Positions 26,601-40,400 of a DNA stretch of 64,000 nucleotides are shown piece after piece. Each line of letters opens with the position of its first letter. Position 1 is the stretch's first letter. The position numbers and the translations under genes were made by a program. Source of the DNA: Eledone cirrhosa (taxonomy: Eukaryota); assembly GCA_964016885.1 (NCBI GenBank), contig OZ024744.1, forward strand, positions 47,182,001-47,246,000, in the 5' to 3' direction. Under the pieces are notes generated by a model that did no database searches, was not told the DNA's origin, and saw nothing but the letters and a program-made list of their open reading frames with translations.

Positions 26601-28210
26601 TTTGCTGTGTCTTTCACATGTCCACTTTACAATGTGGGCTGGGTGCTTTTTGCTGTGTCTTTCACATGTCCACTTTACAGTGTGGGCTGGGTGCTTTTTG
26701 CTGTGTCTTTCACATGTCCACTTTACAGTGTGGGCTGGGTGCTTTTTGCTTTGTCTTTCACATGTCCACTTTACAGTGTGGGCTGGGTACATTTTGCTGT
26801 GTCTTTCACATGTCCACTTTACAGTGTGGGCTGGGTGCTTTTTGCTGTGTCTTTCACATGTCCACTTTACAGTGTGGGATGTGTGCTTTTTGCAGTGTCT
26901 TTCACACGTCAACTTTACAGTGTGGGCTGGGTGCTTTTTGCTGTGTCTTTCACATGTCTATTTCACAGTGTGGGCTGTGTGCTTTTTGCTGTGTCTTTCA
27001 CATGTCCACTTTACAGTGTGGGCTGGGTGCTTTTTGCTGTGTCTTTCATATGTCCACTTTACAGTGTGGGCTGGGTGCTTTTTTCAGTGTCTTTCACATG
27101 TCCACTTCACGGTGTGGGCGGGGTAATTTTTGCTGTGTCTTTCACATGTCCACTTTACAATGTGGGCTGGGTGCTTTTTGCTGTATCTTTCAAATGTCCA
27201 CTTTACAATGTGGGCTGGGTGCTTTTTGCTGTGTCTTTCACATGTCCACTTTACAGTGTGGGCTGGATGCTTCTTGCAGTGTCTTTAACACGTCCACTTT
27301 ACATTGTGGGCTGGGTGCTTGTTGCTGTGTCTTTCTCACGTCCACTTTACAGTGTGGGCTGGGTGCTTTTTGCTGTGTCTTTCACATGTCCACTTTACAG
27401 TGTGGGCTGGGTGCTTTTTTCAGTGTCTTTCACATGTCCACTTTACAGTGTGGGCTGGGCGCTTTTTGCAGTGTCTTTCAAACTTCAACTTTACAGTGTG
27501 GGCTGGGTGCTTTTTACTGTGTCTTTCACATGTCCACTTTACAGTGTGGGCTGTGTGCTTGTTGCTGTGTCTTTCTCACGTCCACTTTACAGTGTGGGCT
27601 GGGTGCTTTTTGCTGTGTCTTTCACATGTCCACTTTACAGTGTGGGCTGGGTGCTTTTTTCAGTGTCTTTCACACGTTCACTTTACAGTGTGGGCTGGGT
27701 GCTTTTTGTTGTATCTTTCTCACGTCCACTTTACAGTGTGGGCTGGGTGCTTTTTGCTGTGTCTTTCACATGTCCACTTTACAGTGTGGGCTGGGTGCTT
27801 TTTGCTGTGTCTTTCACATGTCCACTTTACAGTGTGGGCTGGGTGCTTTTTGCTGTGTCTTTCACATGTCCACTTCACAGTGTGGGCTGGGTGCTTTTTG
27901 CTGTGTCTTTCACATGTCCACTTTACAGTGTGGGCTGGGTGCTTTTTGCTGTGTCTTTCATATGTCCACTTTACAGTGTGGGCTGGGTGCTTTTTGCTGT
28001 GTCTTTCACATGTCCACTTTACAGTGTGGGCTGGGTGCTTTTTGCTGTGTCTTTCACATGTCCACTTTACAATGTGGGCTGGGTGCTTTTTGCTGTGTCT
28101 TTCACATGTCCACTTTACAATGTGGGCTGGGTGCTTTTTGCTGTGTTTTTCACATGTCCACTTTACAGTGTGGGCTGGGTGCTTTTCGCTGTGTCTTTCA
28201 CATGTCCACT
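23700..28210 (+). repeat. Tandem duplication of 2256 bp (47 monomers)
   Basis: Variants gtacattttg, gggatgtgtg, cacgttcac and ctttaacac recur at +2256. ORF pairs: 24120/26376 and 25048/27304. Confidence 0.88.
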
Positions 28211-28689
28211 TTACAGTGTGGGCTGGGTGCTTTTTGCTGTGTCTTTCACATGTCCACTTTACAGTGTGGGGTGGGTGCTTTTTGCAGTGTCTTTCACACG
28301 TCCACTTTACAGTGTGGGCTGGGTGCTTTTTGCTGTGTCTTTCACATGTCCACTTTACAGTGTGGGCTGTGTGCTTTTTGCAGTGTCTTTCACACGTCAA
28401 CTTTACAGTGTGGCCTGGGTGCTTTTTGCTGTTTCTTTCACATGTCTATTTCACAGTGTGGGCTGGGTGCTTTTTGCTGTGTCTTTCACATGTCCACTTT
28501 ACAGTGTGGGCTGGGTGCTTTTTGCTGTGTCTTTCATATGTCCACTTTACAGTGTGGGCTGGGTGCTTTTTTCAGTGTCTTTCACATGTCCACTTCACGG
28601 TGTGGGCGGGGTGATTTTTGCTGTGTCTTTCACATGTCCACTTTACAGTGTGGGCTGGGTGCTTTTTGCTTTGTCTTTCACATGTCCAC

Positions 28690-31600
28690 TTTACAGTGTG
28701 GGCTGGGTACTTTTTGCTGTGTCTTTCACATGTCCACTTTACAGTGTGGGCTGGGTGCTTTTTGCTGTGTCTTTCACATGTCCACTTTACAGTGTGGGCT
28801 GTGTGCTTTTTGCAGTGTCTTTCACACGTCAACTTTACAGTGTGGGCTGGGTGCTTTTTGCTGTGTCTTTCACATGTCTATTTCACAGTGTGGGCTGTGT
28901 GCTTTTTGCTGTGTCTTTCACATGTCCACTTTACAGTGTGGGCTGGGTGCTTTTTGCTGTGTCTTTCATATGTCCACTTTACAGTGTGGGCTGGGTGCTT
29001 TTTTCAGTGTCTTTCACATGTCCACTTCACGGTGTGGGCGGGGTAATTTTTGCTGTGTCTTTCACATGTCCACTTTACAATGTGGGCTGGGTGCTTTTTG
29101 CTGTATCTTTCAAATGTCCACTTTACAATGTGGGCTGGGTGCTTTTTGCTGTGTCTTTCACATGTCCACTTTACAGTGTGGGCTGGATGCTTCTTGCAGT
29201 GTCTTTAACACGTCCACTTTACATTGTGGGCTGGGTGCTTGTTGCTGTGTCTTTCTCACGTCCACTTTACAGTGTGGGCTGGGTGCTTTTTGCTGTGTCT
29301 TTCACATGTCCACTTTACAGTGTGGGCTGGGTGCTTTTTTCAGTGTCTTTCACATGTCCACTTTACAGTGTGGGCTGGGCGCTTTTTGCAGTGTCTTTCA
29401 AACTTCAACTTTACAGTGTGGGCTGGGTGCTTTTTACTGTGTCTTTCACATGTCCACTTTACAGTGTGGGCTGTGTGCTTGTTGCTGTGTCTTTCTCACG
29501 TCCACTTTACAGTGTGGGCTGGGTGCTTTTTGCTGTGTCTTTCACATGTCCACTTTACAGTGTGGGCTGGGTGCTTTTTTCAGTGTCTTTCACACGTCCA
29601 CTTTACAGTGTGGGCTGGGTGCTTTTTGTTGTATCTTTCTCACGTCCACTTTACAGTGTGGGCTGGGTGCTTTTTGCTGTGTCTTTCACATGTCCACTTT
29701 ACAGTGTGGGCTGGGTGCTTTTTGCTGTGTCTTTCACATGTCCACTTTACAGTGTGGGCTGGGTGCTTTTTGCTGTGTCTTTCACATGTCCACTTCACAG
29801 TGTGGGCTGGGTGCTTTTTGCTGTGTCTTTCACATGTCCACTTTACAGTGTGGGCTGGGTGCTTTTTGCTGTGTCTTTCATATGTCCACTTTACAGTGTG
29901 GGCTGGGTGCTTTTTGCTGTGTCTTTCACATGTCCACTTTACAGTGTGGGCTGGGTGCTTTTTGCTGTGTCTTTCACATGTCCACTTTACAATGTGGGCT
30001 GGGTGCTTTTTGCTGTGTCTTTCACATGTCCACTTTACAATGTGGGCTGGGTGCTTTTTGCTGTGTTTTTCACATGTCCACTTTACAGTGTGGGCTGGGT
30101 GCTTTTCGCTGTGTCTTTCACATGTCCACTTTACAGTGTGGGCTGGGTGCTTTTTGCTGTGTCTTTCACATGTCCACTTTACAGTGTGGGGTGGGTGCTT
30201 TTTGCAGTGTCTTTCACACGTCCACTTTACAGTGTGGGCTGGGTGCTTTTTGCTGTGTCTTTCACATGTCCACTTTACAGTGTGGGCTGTGTGCTTTTTG
30301 CAGTGTCTTTCACACGTCAACTTTACAGTGTGGCCTGGGTGCTTTTTGCTGTGTCTTTCACATGTCTATTTCACAGTGTGGGCTGGGTGCTTTTTGCTGT
30401 GTCTTTCACATGTCCACTTTACAGTGTGGGCTGGGTGCTTTTTGCTGTGTCTTTCATATGTCCACTTTACAGTGTGGGCTGGGTGCTTTTTTCAGTGTCT
30501 TTCACATGTCCACTTCACGGTGTGGGCGGGGTGATTTTTGCTGTGTCTTTCACATGTCCACTTTACAATGTGGGCTGGGTGCTTTTTGCTGTATCTTTCA
30601 AATGTCCACTTTACAATGTGGGCTGGGTGCTTTTTGCTGTGTCTTTCACATGTCCACTTTACTGTGTGTGCTGGGCGCTTTTTGCAGTGTCTTTCAAACG
30701 TCAACTTTACAGTGTGGGCTGGGTGCTTTTTACTGTGTCTTTCACATGTCCACTTTACAGTGTGGGCTGGGTGCTTTTTGCTGTGTCTTTCACATGTCCA
30801 CTTCACAGTGTGGGCTGGGTGCTTTTTGCTGTGTCTTTCACATGTCCACTTTACAGTGTGGGCTGGGTGCTTTTTGCTGTGTCTTTCACATGTCCACTTT
30901 ACAGTGTGGGCTGTGTGCTTTTTGCTGTGTCTTTCACATGTCCACTTTACAGTGTGGGCTGGGTGCTTTTTGCTGTGTCTTTCACATGTCCACTTTACAG
31001 TGTGGGCTGGGTGCTTTTTGCTGTGTCTTTCACATGTCCACTTTACAGTGTGGGCTGGGTCCTTTTTGCTGTGTCTTTCACATGTCCATCTTACAATGTG
31101 AGCTGGGTGCTTTTTGCTGTGTCTTTCACATGTCCACTTTACAGTGTGGGCTGGGTGCTTGTTGCTGTGTCTTTCTCACGTCCACTTTACAGTGTGGGCT
31201 GGGTGCTTTTTGCTGTGTCTTTCACATGTCCACTTTACAGTGCGGGCTAGGTGCTTTTTTAAGTGTCTTTCACACGTCCACTTTACATTGTGGGCTGGGT
31301 GCTTGTTGCTGTGTCTTTCTCACGTCCACCTTACAGTGTGGGCTGGGTGCTTTTTGCTGTGTCTTTCACATGTCCACGTTACAGTGTGGACTGGGTGCTT
31401 TTTTCAGTGTCTTTCACATGTCCACTTTACAGTGAGGGCTGGGCGCTTTTTGCAGTGTCTTTCAAACGTCAACTTTACAGTGTGGGCTGGGTGCTTTTTA
31501 CTGTGTCTTTCACATGTCCACTTTACAGTGTGGGCTGGGTGCTTTTTGCTGTGTCTTTCACATGTCCACTTTTCAGTGTGGGCTGGGTGCTTGTTGCTGT

Positions 31601-34600
31601 GTCTTTCTCACGTCCACTTTACAGTGTGGGCTGGGTGCTTTTTGCTGTGTCTTTCACATGTCCACTTTACAGTGTGGGCTAGGTGCTTTTTTCAGTGTCT
31701 TTCACACGTCCACTTTACATTGTGGGCTGGGTGCTTGTTGCTGTGTCTTTCTCACGTCCACTTTACAGTGCGGGCTGGGTGCTTTTTGCTGTGTCTTTCA
31801 CATGTCCACTTTACAGTGTGGGCTGGGTGCTTTTTTCAGTTTCTTTCACATGTCCACTTTACAGTGTGGGCTGGGCGCTTTTTGCAGTGTCTTTCAAACG
31901 TCAACTTTACAGTGTGGGCTGGGTGCTTTTTACTGTGTCTTTCACATGTCCACTTTACAGTGTGGGCTGTGTGCTTGTTGCTGTGTCTTTCTCCCGTTCA
32001 CTTTACAGTGTGGGCTGGGTGCTTGTTGCTGTGTCTTTCACATGTCCACTTTACAGTGTGGGCTGGGTGCTTTTTTCAGTGTCTTTCACACGTCCACTTT
32101 ACAGTGTGGGCTGGGTGCTTGTTGCTGTGTCTTTCTCACGTCCACTTTACAGTGTGGGCTGGGTGCTTTTTGCTGTGTCTTTCACATGTCCACTTTACAG
32201 TGTGGGCTGGGTGCTTTTTTCAGTGTCTTTCACATGTCCACTTTACAGTGTGGGCTGGGTACTTTTTGCTGTGTCTTTCACATGTCCACTTTACAGTGTG
32301 GGCTGGGTGCTTTTTGCTGTGTCTTTCACATGTCCACTTTACAGTGTGGGCTGTGTGCTTTTTGCAGTGTCTTTCACACGTCAACTTTACAGTGTGGGCT
32401 GGGTGCTTTTTGCTGTGTCTTTCACATGTCTATTTCACAGTGTGGGCTGTGTGCTTTTTGCTGTGTCTTTCACATGTCCACTTTACAGTGTGGGCTGGGT
32501 GCTTTTTGCTGTGTCTTTCATATGTCCACTTTACAGTGTGGGCTGGGTGCTTTTTTCAGTGTCTTTCACATGTCCACTTCACGGTGTGGGCGGGGTAATT
32601 TTTGCTGTGTCTTTCACATGTCCACTTTACAATGTGGGCTGGGTGCTTTTTGCTGTATCTTTCAAATGTCCACTTTACAATGTGGGCTGGGTGCTTTTTG
32701 CTGTGTCTTTCACATGTCCACTTTACAGTGTGGGCTGGATGCTTCTTGCAGTGTCTTTAACACGTCCACTTTACATTGTGGGCTGGGTGCTTGTTGCTGT
32801 GTCTTTCTCACGTCCACTTTACAGTGTGGGCTGGGTGCTTTTTGCTGTGTCTTTCACATGTCCACTTTACAGTGTGGGCTGGGTGCTTTTTTCAGTGTCT
32901 TTCACATGTCCACTTTACAGTGTGGGCTGGGCGCTTTTTGCAGTGTCTTTCAAACTTCAACTTTACAGTGTGGGCTGGGTGCTTTTTACTGTGTCTTTCA
33001 CATGTCCACTTTACAGTGTGGGCTGTGTGCTTGTTGCTGTGTCTTTCTCACGTCCACTTTACAGTGTGGGCTGGGTGCTTTTTGCTGTGTCTTTCACATG
33101 TCCACTTTACAGTGTGGGCTGTGTGCTTTTTGCTGTGTCTTTCACACGTCCACTTTACAGTGTGGGCTGGGTGCTTTTTGTTGTATCTTTCTCACGTCCA
33201 CTTTACAGTGTGGGCTGGGTGCTTTTTGCTGTGTCTTTCACATGTCCACTTTACAGTGTGGGCTGGGTGCTTTTTGCTGTGTCTTTCACATGTCCACTTT
33301 ACAGTGTGGGCTGGGTGCTTTTTGCTGTGTCTTTCACATGTCCACTTCACAGTGTGGGCTGGGTGCTTTTTGCTGTGTCTTTCACATGTCCACTTTACAG
33401 TGTGGGCTGGGTGCTTTTTGCTGTGTCTTTCATATGTCCACTTTACAGTGTGGGCTGGGTGCTTTTTGCTGTGTCTTTCACATGTCCACTTTACAGTGTG
33501 GGCTGGGTGCTTTTTGCTGTGTCTTTCACATGTCCACTTTACAATGTGGGCTGGGTGCTTTTTGCTGTGTCTTTCACATGTCCACTTTACAATGTGGGCT
33601 GGGTGCTTTTTGCTGTGTTTTTCACATGTCCACTTTACAGTGTGGGCTGGGTGCTTTTCGCTGTGTCTTTCACATGTCCACTTTACAGTGTGGGCTGGGT
33701 GCTTTTTGCTGTGTCTTTCACATGTCCACTTTACAGTGTGGGGTGGGTGCTTTTTGCAGTGTCTTTCACACGTCCACTTTACAGTGTGGGCTGGGTGCTT
33801 TTTGCTGTGTCTTTCACATGTCCACTTTACAGTGTGGGCTGTGTGCTTTTTGCAGTGTCTTTCACACGTCAACTTTACAGTGTGGCCTGGGTGCTTTTTG
33901 CTGTGTCTTTCACATGTCTATTTCACAGTGTGGGCTGGGTGCTTTTTGCTGTGTCTTTCACATGTCCACTTTACAGTGTGGGCTGGGTGCTTTTTGCTGT
34001 GTCTTTCATATGTCCACTTTACAGTGTGGGCTGGGTGCTTTTTTCAGTGTCTTTCACATGTCCACTTCACGGTGTGGGCGGGGTGATTTTTGCTGTGTCT
34101 TTCACATGTCCACTTTACAATGTGGGCTGGGTGCTTTTTGCTGTATCTTTCAAATGTCCACTTTACAATGTGGGCTGGGTGCTTTTTGCTGTGTCTTTCA
34201 CATGTCCACTTTACTGTGTGGGCTGGGCGCTTTTTGCAGTGTCTTTCAAACGTCAACTTTACAGTGTGGGCTGGGTGCTTTTTACTGTGTCTTTCACATG
34301 TCCACTTTACAGTGTGGGCTGGGTGCTTTTTGCTGTGTCTTTCACATGTCCACTTCACAGTGTGGGCTGGGTGCTTTTTGCTGTGTCTTTCACATGTCCA
34401 CTTTACAGTGTGGGCTGGGTGCTTTTTGCTGTGTCTTTCACATGTCCACTTTACAGTGTGGGCTGTGTGCTTTTTGCTGTGTCTTTCACATGTCCACTTT
34501 ACAGTGTGGGCTGGGTGCTTTTTGCTGTGTCTTTCACATGTCCACTTTACAGTGTGGGCTGGGTGCTTTTTGCTGTGTCTTTCACATGTCCACTTTACAG

Positions 34601-35790
34601 TGTGGGCTGGGTCCTTTTTGCTGTGTCTTTCACATGTCCATCTTACAATGTGAGCTGGGTGCTTTTTGCTGTGTCTTTCACATGTCCACTTTACAGTGTG
34701 GGCTGGGTGCTTGTTGCTGTGTCTTTCTCACGTCCACTTTACAGTGTGGGCTGGGTGCTTTTTGCTGTGTCTTTCACATGTCCACTTTACAGTGCGGGCT
34801 AGGTGCTTTTTTAAGTGTCTTTCACACGTCCACTTTACATTGTGGGCTGGGTGCTTGTTGCTGTGTCTTTCTCACGTCCACCTTACAGTGTGGGCTGGGT
34901 GCTTTTTGCTGTGTCTTTCACATGTCCACGTTACAGTGTGGACTGGGTGCTTTTTTCAGTGTCTTTCACATGTCCACTTTACAGTGAGGGCTGGGCGCTT
35001 TTTGCAGTGTCTTTCAAACGTCAACTTTACAGTGTGGGCTGGGTGCTTTTTACTGTGTCTTTCACATGTCCACTTTACAGTGTGGGCTGGGTGCTTTTTG
35101 CTGTGTCTTTCACATGTCCACTTTTCAGTGTGGGCTGGGTGCTTGTTGCTGTGTCTTTCTCACGTCCACTTTACAGTGTGGGCTGGGTGCTTTTTGCTGT
35201 GTCTTTCACATGTCCACTTTACAGTGTGGGCTAGGTGCTTTTTTCAGTGTCTTTCACACGTCCACTTTACATTGTGGGCTGGGTGCTTGTTGCTGTGTCT
35301 TTCTCACGTCCACTTTACAGTGCGGGCTGGGTGCTTTTTGCTGTGTCTTTCACATGTCCACTTTACAGTGTGGGCTGGGTGCTTTTTTCAGTTTCTTTCA
35401 CATGTCCACTTTACAGTGTGGGCTGGGCGCTTTTTGCAGTGTCTTTCAAACGTCAACTTTACAGTGTGGGCTGGGTGCTTTTTACTGTGTCTTTCACATG
35501 TCCACTTTACAGTGTGGGCTGTGTGCTTGTTGCTGTGTCTTTCTCCCGTTCACTTTACAGTGTGGGCTGGGTGCTTGTTGCTGTGTCTTTCACATGTCCA
35601 CTTTACAGTGTGGGCTGGGTGCTTTTTTCAGTGTCTTTCACACGTCCACTTTACAGTGTGGGCTGGGTGCTTGTTGCTGTGTCTTTCTCACGTCCACTTT
35701 ACAGTGTGGGCTGGGTGCTTTTTGCTGTGTCTTTCACATGTCCACTTTACAGTGTGGGCTGGGTGCTTTTTTCAGTGTCTTTCACATGTC
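28690..35790 (+). repeat. Tandem duplication of 3552 bp (74 monomers)
   Basis: ctttaacac at 29207/32759, ttactgtg at ~30660/34212, ttttaagtg at 31261/34813. ORF pairs: 29224/32776, 30492/34044, 31114/34666, 31683/35235. Confidence 0.9.
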
Positions 35791-38700
35791 CACTTTACAG
35801 TGTGGGCTGGGTGCTTTTTGCTGTGTCTTTCACATGTCCACTTTACAATGTGGGCTGTGTGCTTTTTGCTGTGTCTTTCACATGTCCACTTTACAATGTG
35901 GGCTGGGTGCTTTTTGCTGTGTCTTTCACATGTCCACTTTACAGTGTGGGCTGGGTGCTTTTTGCTGTGTCTTTCACATGTCCACTTCACAGTGTGGGCT
36001 GGGTGCTTTTTGCTGTGTCTTTCACATGTCCACTTTACAGTGTGGGCTGGGTGCTTTTTGCTGTGTCTTTCACATGTCCACTTTACAGTGTGGGCTGTGT
36101 GCTTTTTGCTGTGTCTTTCACATGTCCACTTTACAGTGTGGGCTGGGTGCTTTTTGCTGTGTCTTTCACATGTCCACTTTACAATGTGGGCTGGGTGCTT
36201 TTTGCTGTGTCTTTCACATGTCCACTTTACAATGTGGGCTGGGTGCTTTTTGCTGTGTCTTTCACATGTCCACTTTACAGTGTGGGCTGGGTGCTTTTTG
36301 CTGTGTCTTTCACATGTCCACTTCACAGTGTGGGCTGGGTACTTTTTGCTGTGTCTTTCACACGTCCACCTTACAGTTTGGGCTGGGTGCTTTTTGCTGT
36401 GTCTTTCACATGTCCACTTTACAGTGTGGGCTGGGTGCTTTTTGCTGTGTCTTTCACATGTCCACTTTACAGTGTGGGCTGGGTGCTTTTTGCTGTGTCT
36501 TTCACATGTCCACTTTACAGTGTGGGCTGGGTGCTTTTTGCTGTGTCTTTCACATGTCCACTTTACAATGTGGGCTGGGTGCTTTTTGCTGTGTCTTTCA
36601 CATGTCCACTCTATAGTGTGGGCTGGGTGCTTTTTGCAGTGTCTTTCACACGTCCACTTTACAGTGTGTGCTGGGTGCTTATTGCTGTGTCTTTCACATG
36701 TCCACTTTACAATGTGGGCTGGGTGCTTTTTGCTGTGTCTTTCACATGTCCACTTTACAGTGTGGGGTGTGTGCTTCTTGCAGTGTCTTTCACACGTCCA
36801 CTTTACAGTGTGGGCTGGGTGCTTTTTGCTGTGTCTTTCACATGTCCACTTTACAGTGTGGGCTGGGTGCTTTTTGCTGTGTCTTTCACATATCCACTTT
36901 ACAGTCTGGGCTGGGTGCTTTTTGCTGAGTCTTTCACACGTCCACTTTACAGTGTGGGCTGGGTGCTTTTTGCTGTGTCTTTCACACGTCCACTTTACAG
37001 TGTGGGCTGGGTGCTTTTTGCTGTGTCTTTCACATGTCCACTTTACAATGTGGGCTGGGTGCTTTTTGCTGTGTCTTTCACATGTCCACTTTACAGTGTG
37101 GGCTGGATGCTTCTTGCAGTGTCTTTCACACGTCCACTTTACAGTGTGGGCTGGGTGCTTTTTGCTGTGTCTTTCACATGTCCACTTTGTAGTGTGGGCT
37201 GGGTGCTTTTTGCAGTGTCTTTCACACGTCCACTTTACAGTGTGGGCTGGGTGCTTTTTGCTGTGTCTTTCACATGTCCACTTTACAGTGTGGGCTGGGT
37301 GCTTTTTGCTGTGTCTTTCACATGTCCACTTTACAGTGTGGGCTGGGTGCTTTTTGCTGTGTCTTTCACATGTCCACTTTACAGTGTGGGCTGGGTGCTT
37401 TTTGCTGTGTCTTTCACATGTCCATCTTACAATGTGAGCTGGGTGCTTTTTGCTGTGTCTTTCACATGTCCACTTTACAGTGTGGGCTGGGTGCTTGTTG
37501 CTGTGTCTTTCTCACGTCCACTTTACAGTGTGGGCTGGGTGCTTTTTGCTGTGTCTTTCACATGTTCACTTTACAGTGCGGGCTAGGTGCTTTTTTAAGT
37601 GTCTTTCACACGTCCACTTTACATTGTGGGCTGGGTGCTTGTTGCTGTGTCTTTCTCACGTCCACCTTACAGTGTGGGCTGGGTGCTTTTTGCTGTGTCT
37701 TTCACATGTCCACGTTACAGTGTGGACTGGGTGCTTTTTTCAGTGTCTTTCACATGTCCACTTTACAGTGAGGGCTGGGCGCTTTTTGCAGTGTCTTTCA
37801 AACGTCAACTTTACAGTGTGGGCTGGGTGCTTTTTACTGTGTCTTTCACATGTCCACTTTACAGTGTGGGCTGGGTGCTTTTTGCTGTGTCTTTCACATG
37901 TCCACTTTTCAGTGTGGGCTGGGTGCTTGTTGCTGTGTCTTTCTCACGTCCACTTTACAGTGTGGGCTGGGTGCTTTTTGCTGTGTCTTTCACATGTCCA
38001 CTTTACAGTGTGGGCTAGGTGCTTTTTTCAGTGTCTTTCACACGTCCACTTTACATTGTGGGCTGGGTGCTTGTTGCTGTGTCTTTCTCACGTCCACTTT
38101 ACAGTGCGGGCTGGGTGCTTTTTGCTGTGTCTTTCACATGTCCACTTTACAGTGTGGGCTGGGTGCTTTTTTCAGTTTCTTTCACATGTCCACTTTACAG
38201 TGTGGGCTGGGCGCTTTTTGCAGTGTCTTTCAAACGTCAACTTTACAGTGTGGGCTGGGTGCTTTTTACTGTGTCTTTCACATGTCCACTTTACAGTGTG
38301 GGCTGTGTGCTTGTTGCTGTGTCTTTCTCCCGTTCACTTTACAGTGTGGGCTGGGTGCTTGTTGCTGTGTCTTTCACATGTCCACTTTACAGTGTGGGCT
38401 GGGTGCTTTTTTCAGTGTCTTTCACACGTCCACTTTACAGTGTGGGCTGGGTGCTTGTTGCTGTGTCTTTCTCACGTCCACTTTACAGTGTGGGCTGGGT
38501 GCTTTTTGCTGTGTCTTTCACATGTCCACTTTACAGTGTGGGCTGGGTGCTTTTTGCTGTGTCTTTCACATGTTCACTTTACAGTGTGGGCTGGGTGCTT
38601 TTTGCTGTGTCTTTCACATGTCCACTTTACAGTGTGGGCTGGGTGCTTTTTGCTGTGTCTTTCACATGTCCACTTTACAATGTGGGCTGGGTGCTTTTTG

Positions 38701-40400
38701 CTGTGTCTTTCACATGTCCACTCTATAGTGTGGGCTGGGTGCTTTTTGCAGTGTCTTTCACACGTCCACTTTACAGTGTGTGCTGGGTGCTTATTGCTGT
38801 GTCTTTCACATGTCCACTTTACAATGTGGGCTGGGTGCTTTTTGCTGTGTCTTTCACATGTCCACTTTACAGTGTGGGGTGTGTGCTTCTTGCAGTGTCT
38901 TTCACACGTCCACTTTACAGTGTGGGCAGGGTGCTTTTTGCTGTGTCTTTCACATGTCCACTTTACAGTGTGGGCTGGGTGCTTTTTGCTGTGTCTTTCA
39001 CATATCCACTTTACAGTGTGGGCTGGGTGCTTTTTGCTGAGTCTTTCACACGTCCACTTTACAGTGTGGGCTGGGTGCTTTTTGCTGTGTCTTTCACACG
39101 TCCACTTTACAGTGTGGGCTGGGTGCTTTTTGCTGTGTCTTTCACATGTCCACTTTACAATGTGGGCTGGGTGCTTTTTGCTGTGTCTTTCACATGTCCA
39201 CTTTACAGTGTGGGCTGGGTGCTTTTTGCTGTGTCTTTCACATGTCCATCTTACAATGTGAGCTGGGTGCTTTTTGCTGTGTCTTTCACATGTCCACTTT
39301 ACAGTGTGGGCTGGGTGCTTGTTGCTGTGTCTTTCTCACGTCCACTTTACAGTGTGGGCTGGGTGCTTTTTGCTGTGTCTTTCACATGTCCACTTTACAG
39401 TGCGGGCTAGGTGCTTTTTTAAGTGTCTTTCACACGTCCACTTTACATTGTGGGCTGGGTGCTTGTTGCTGTGTCTTTCTCACGTCCACCTTACAGTGTG
39501 GGCTGGGTGCTTTTTGCTGTGTCTTTCACATGTCCACGTTACAGTGTGGACTGGGTGCTTTTTTCAGTGTCTTTCACATGTCCACTTTACAGTGAGGGCT
39601 GGGCGCTTTTTGCAGTGTCTTTCAAACGTCAACTTTACAGTGTGGGCTGGGTGCTTTTTACTGTGTCTTTCACATGTCCACTTTACAGTGTGGGCTGGGT
39701 GCTTTTTGCTGTGTCTTTCACATGTCCACTTTTCAGTGTGGGCTGGGTGCTTGTTGCTGTGTCTTTCTCACGTCCACTTTACAGTGTGGGCTGGGTGCTT
39801 TTTGCTGTGTCTTTCACATGTCCACTTTACAGTGTGGGCTAGGTGCTTTTTTCAGTGTCTTTCACACGTCCACTTTACATTGTGGGCTGGGTGCTTGTTG
39901 CTGTGTCTTTCTCACGTCCACTTTACAGTGCGGGCTGGGTGCTTTTTGCTGTGTCTTTCACATGTCCACTTTACAGTGTGGGCTGGGTGCTTTTTTCAGT
40001 TTCTTTCACATGTCCACTTTACAGTGTGGGCTGGGCGCTTTTTGCAGTGTCTTTCAAACGTCAACTTTACAGTGTGGGCTGGGTGCTTTTTACTGTGTCT
40101 TTCACATGTCCACTTTACAGTGTGGGCTGTGTGCTTGTTGCTGTGTCTTTCTCCCGTTCACTTTACAGTGTGGGCTGGGTGCTTGTTGCTGTGTCTTTCA
40201 CATGTCCACTTTACAGTGTGGGCTGGGTGCTTTTTTCAGTGTCTTTCACACGTCCACTTTACAGTGTGGGCTGGGTGCTTGTTGCTGTGTCTTTCTCACG
40301 TCCACTTTACAGTGTGGGCTGGGTGCTTTTTGCTGTGTCTTTCACATGTCCACTTTACAGTGTGGGCTGGGTGCTTTTTTCAGTGTCTTTCACATGTCCA
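31080..40400 (+). repeat. Four dispersed copies of a ~1.1-kb variant-rich cassette
   Basis: The ordered markers ttttaagtg, ccacgttac, gtgaggg, cttttcag, cagtttc and ctcccgttc are anchored at 31261, 34813, 37597 and 39421 (spacings 74, 58 and 38 monomers). Identical 139-aa ORFs start at 31263, 34815, 37599 and 39423. Confidence 0.9.

Noticed and set aside
19490-31435. 3981-aa ORF and the other giant + strand ORFs as real genes
   Set aside because: They are pure 16-aa repeats with no unique termini or domains. All three frames are open because A is scarce, the ORFs change repeat frame at indels, and stop-bearing variants are freely amplified.
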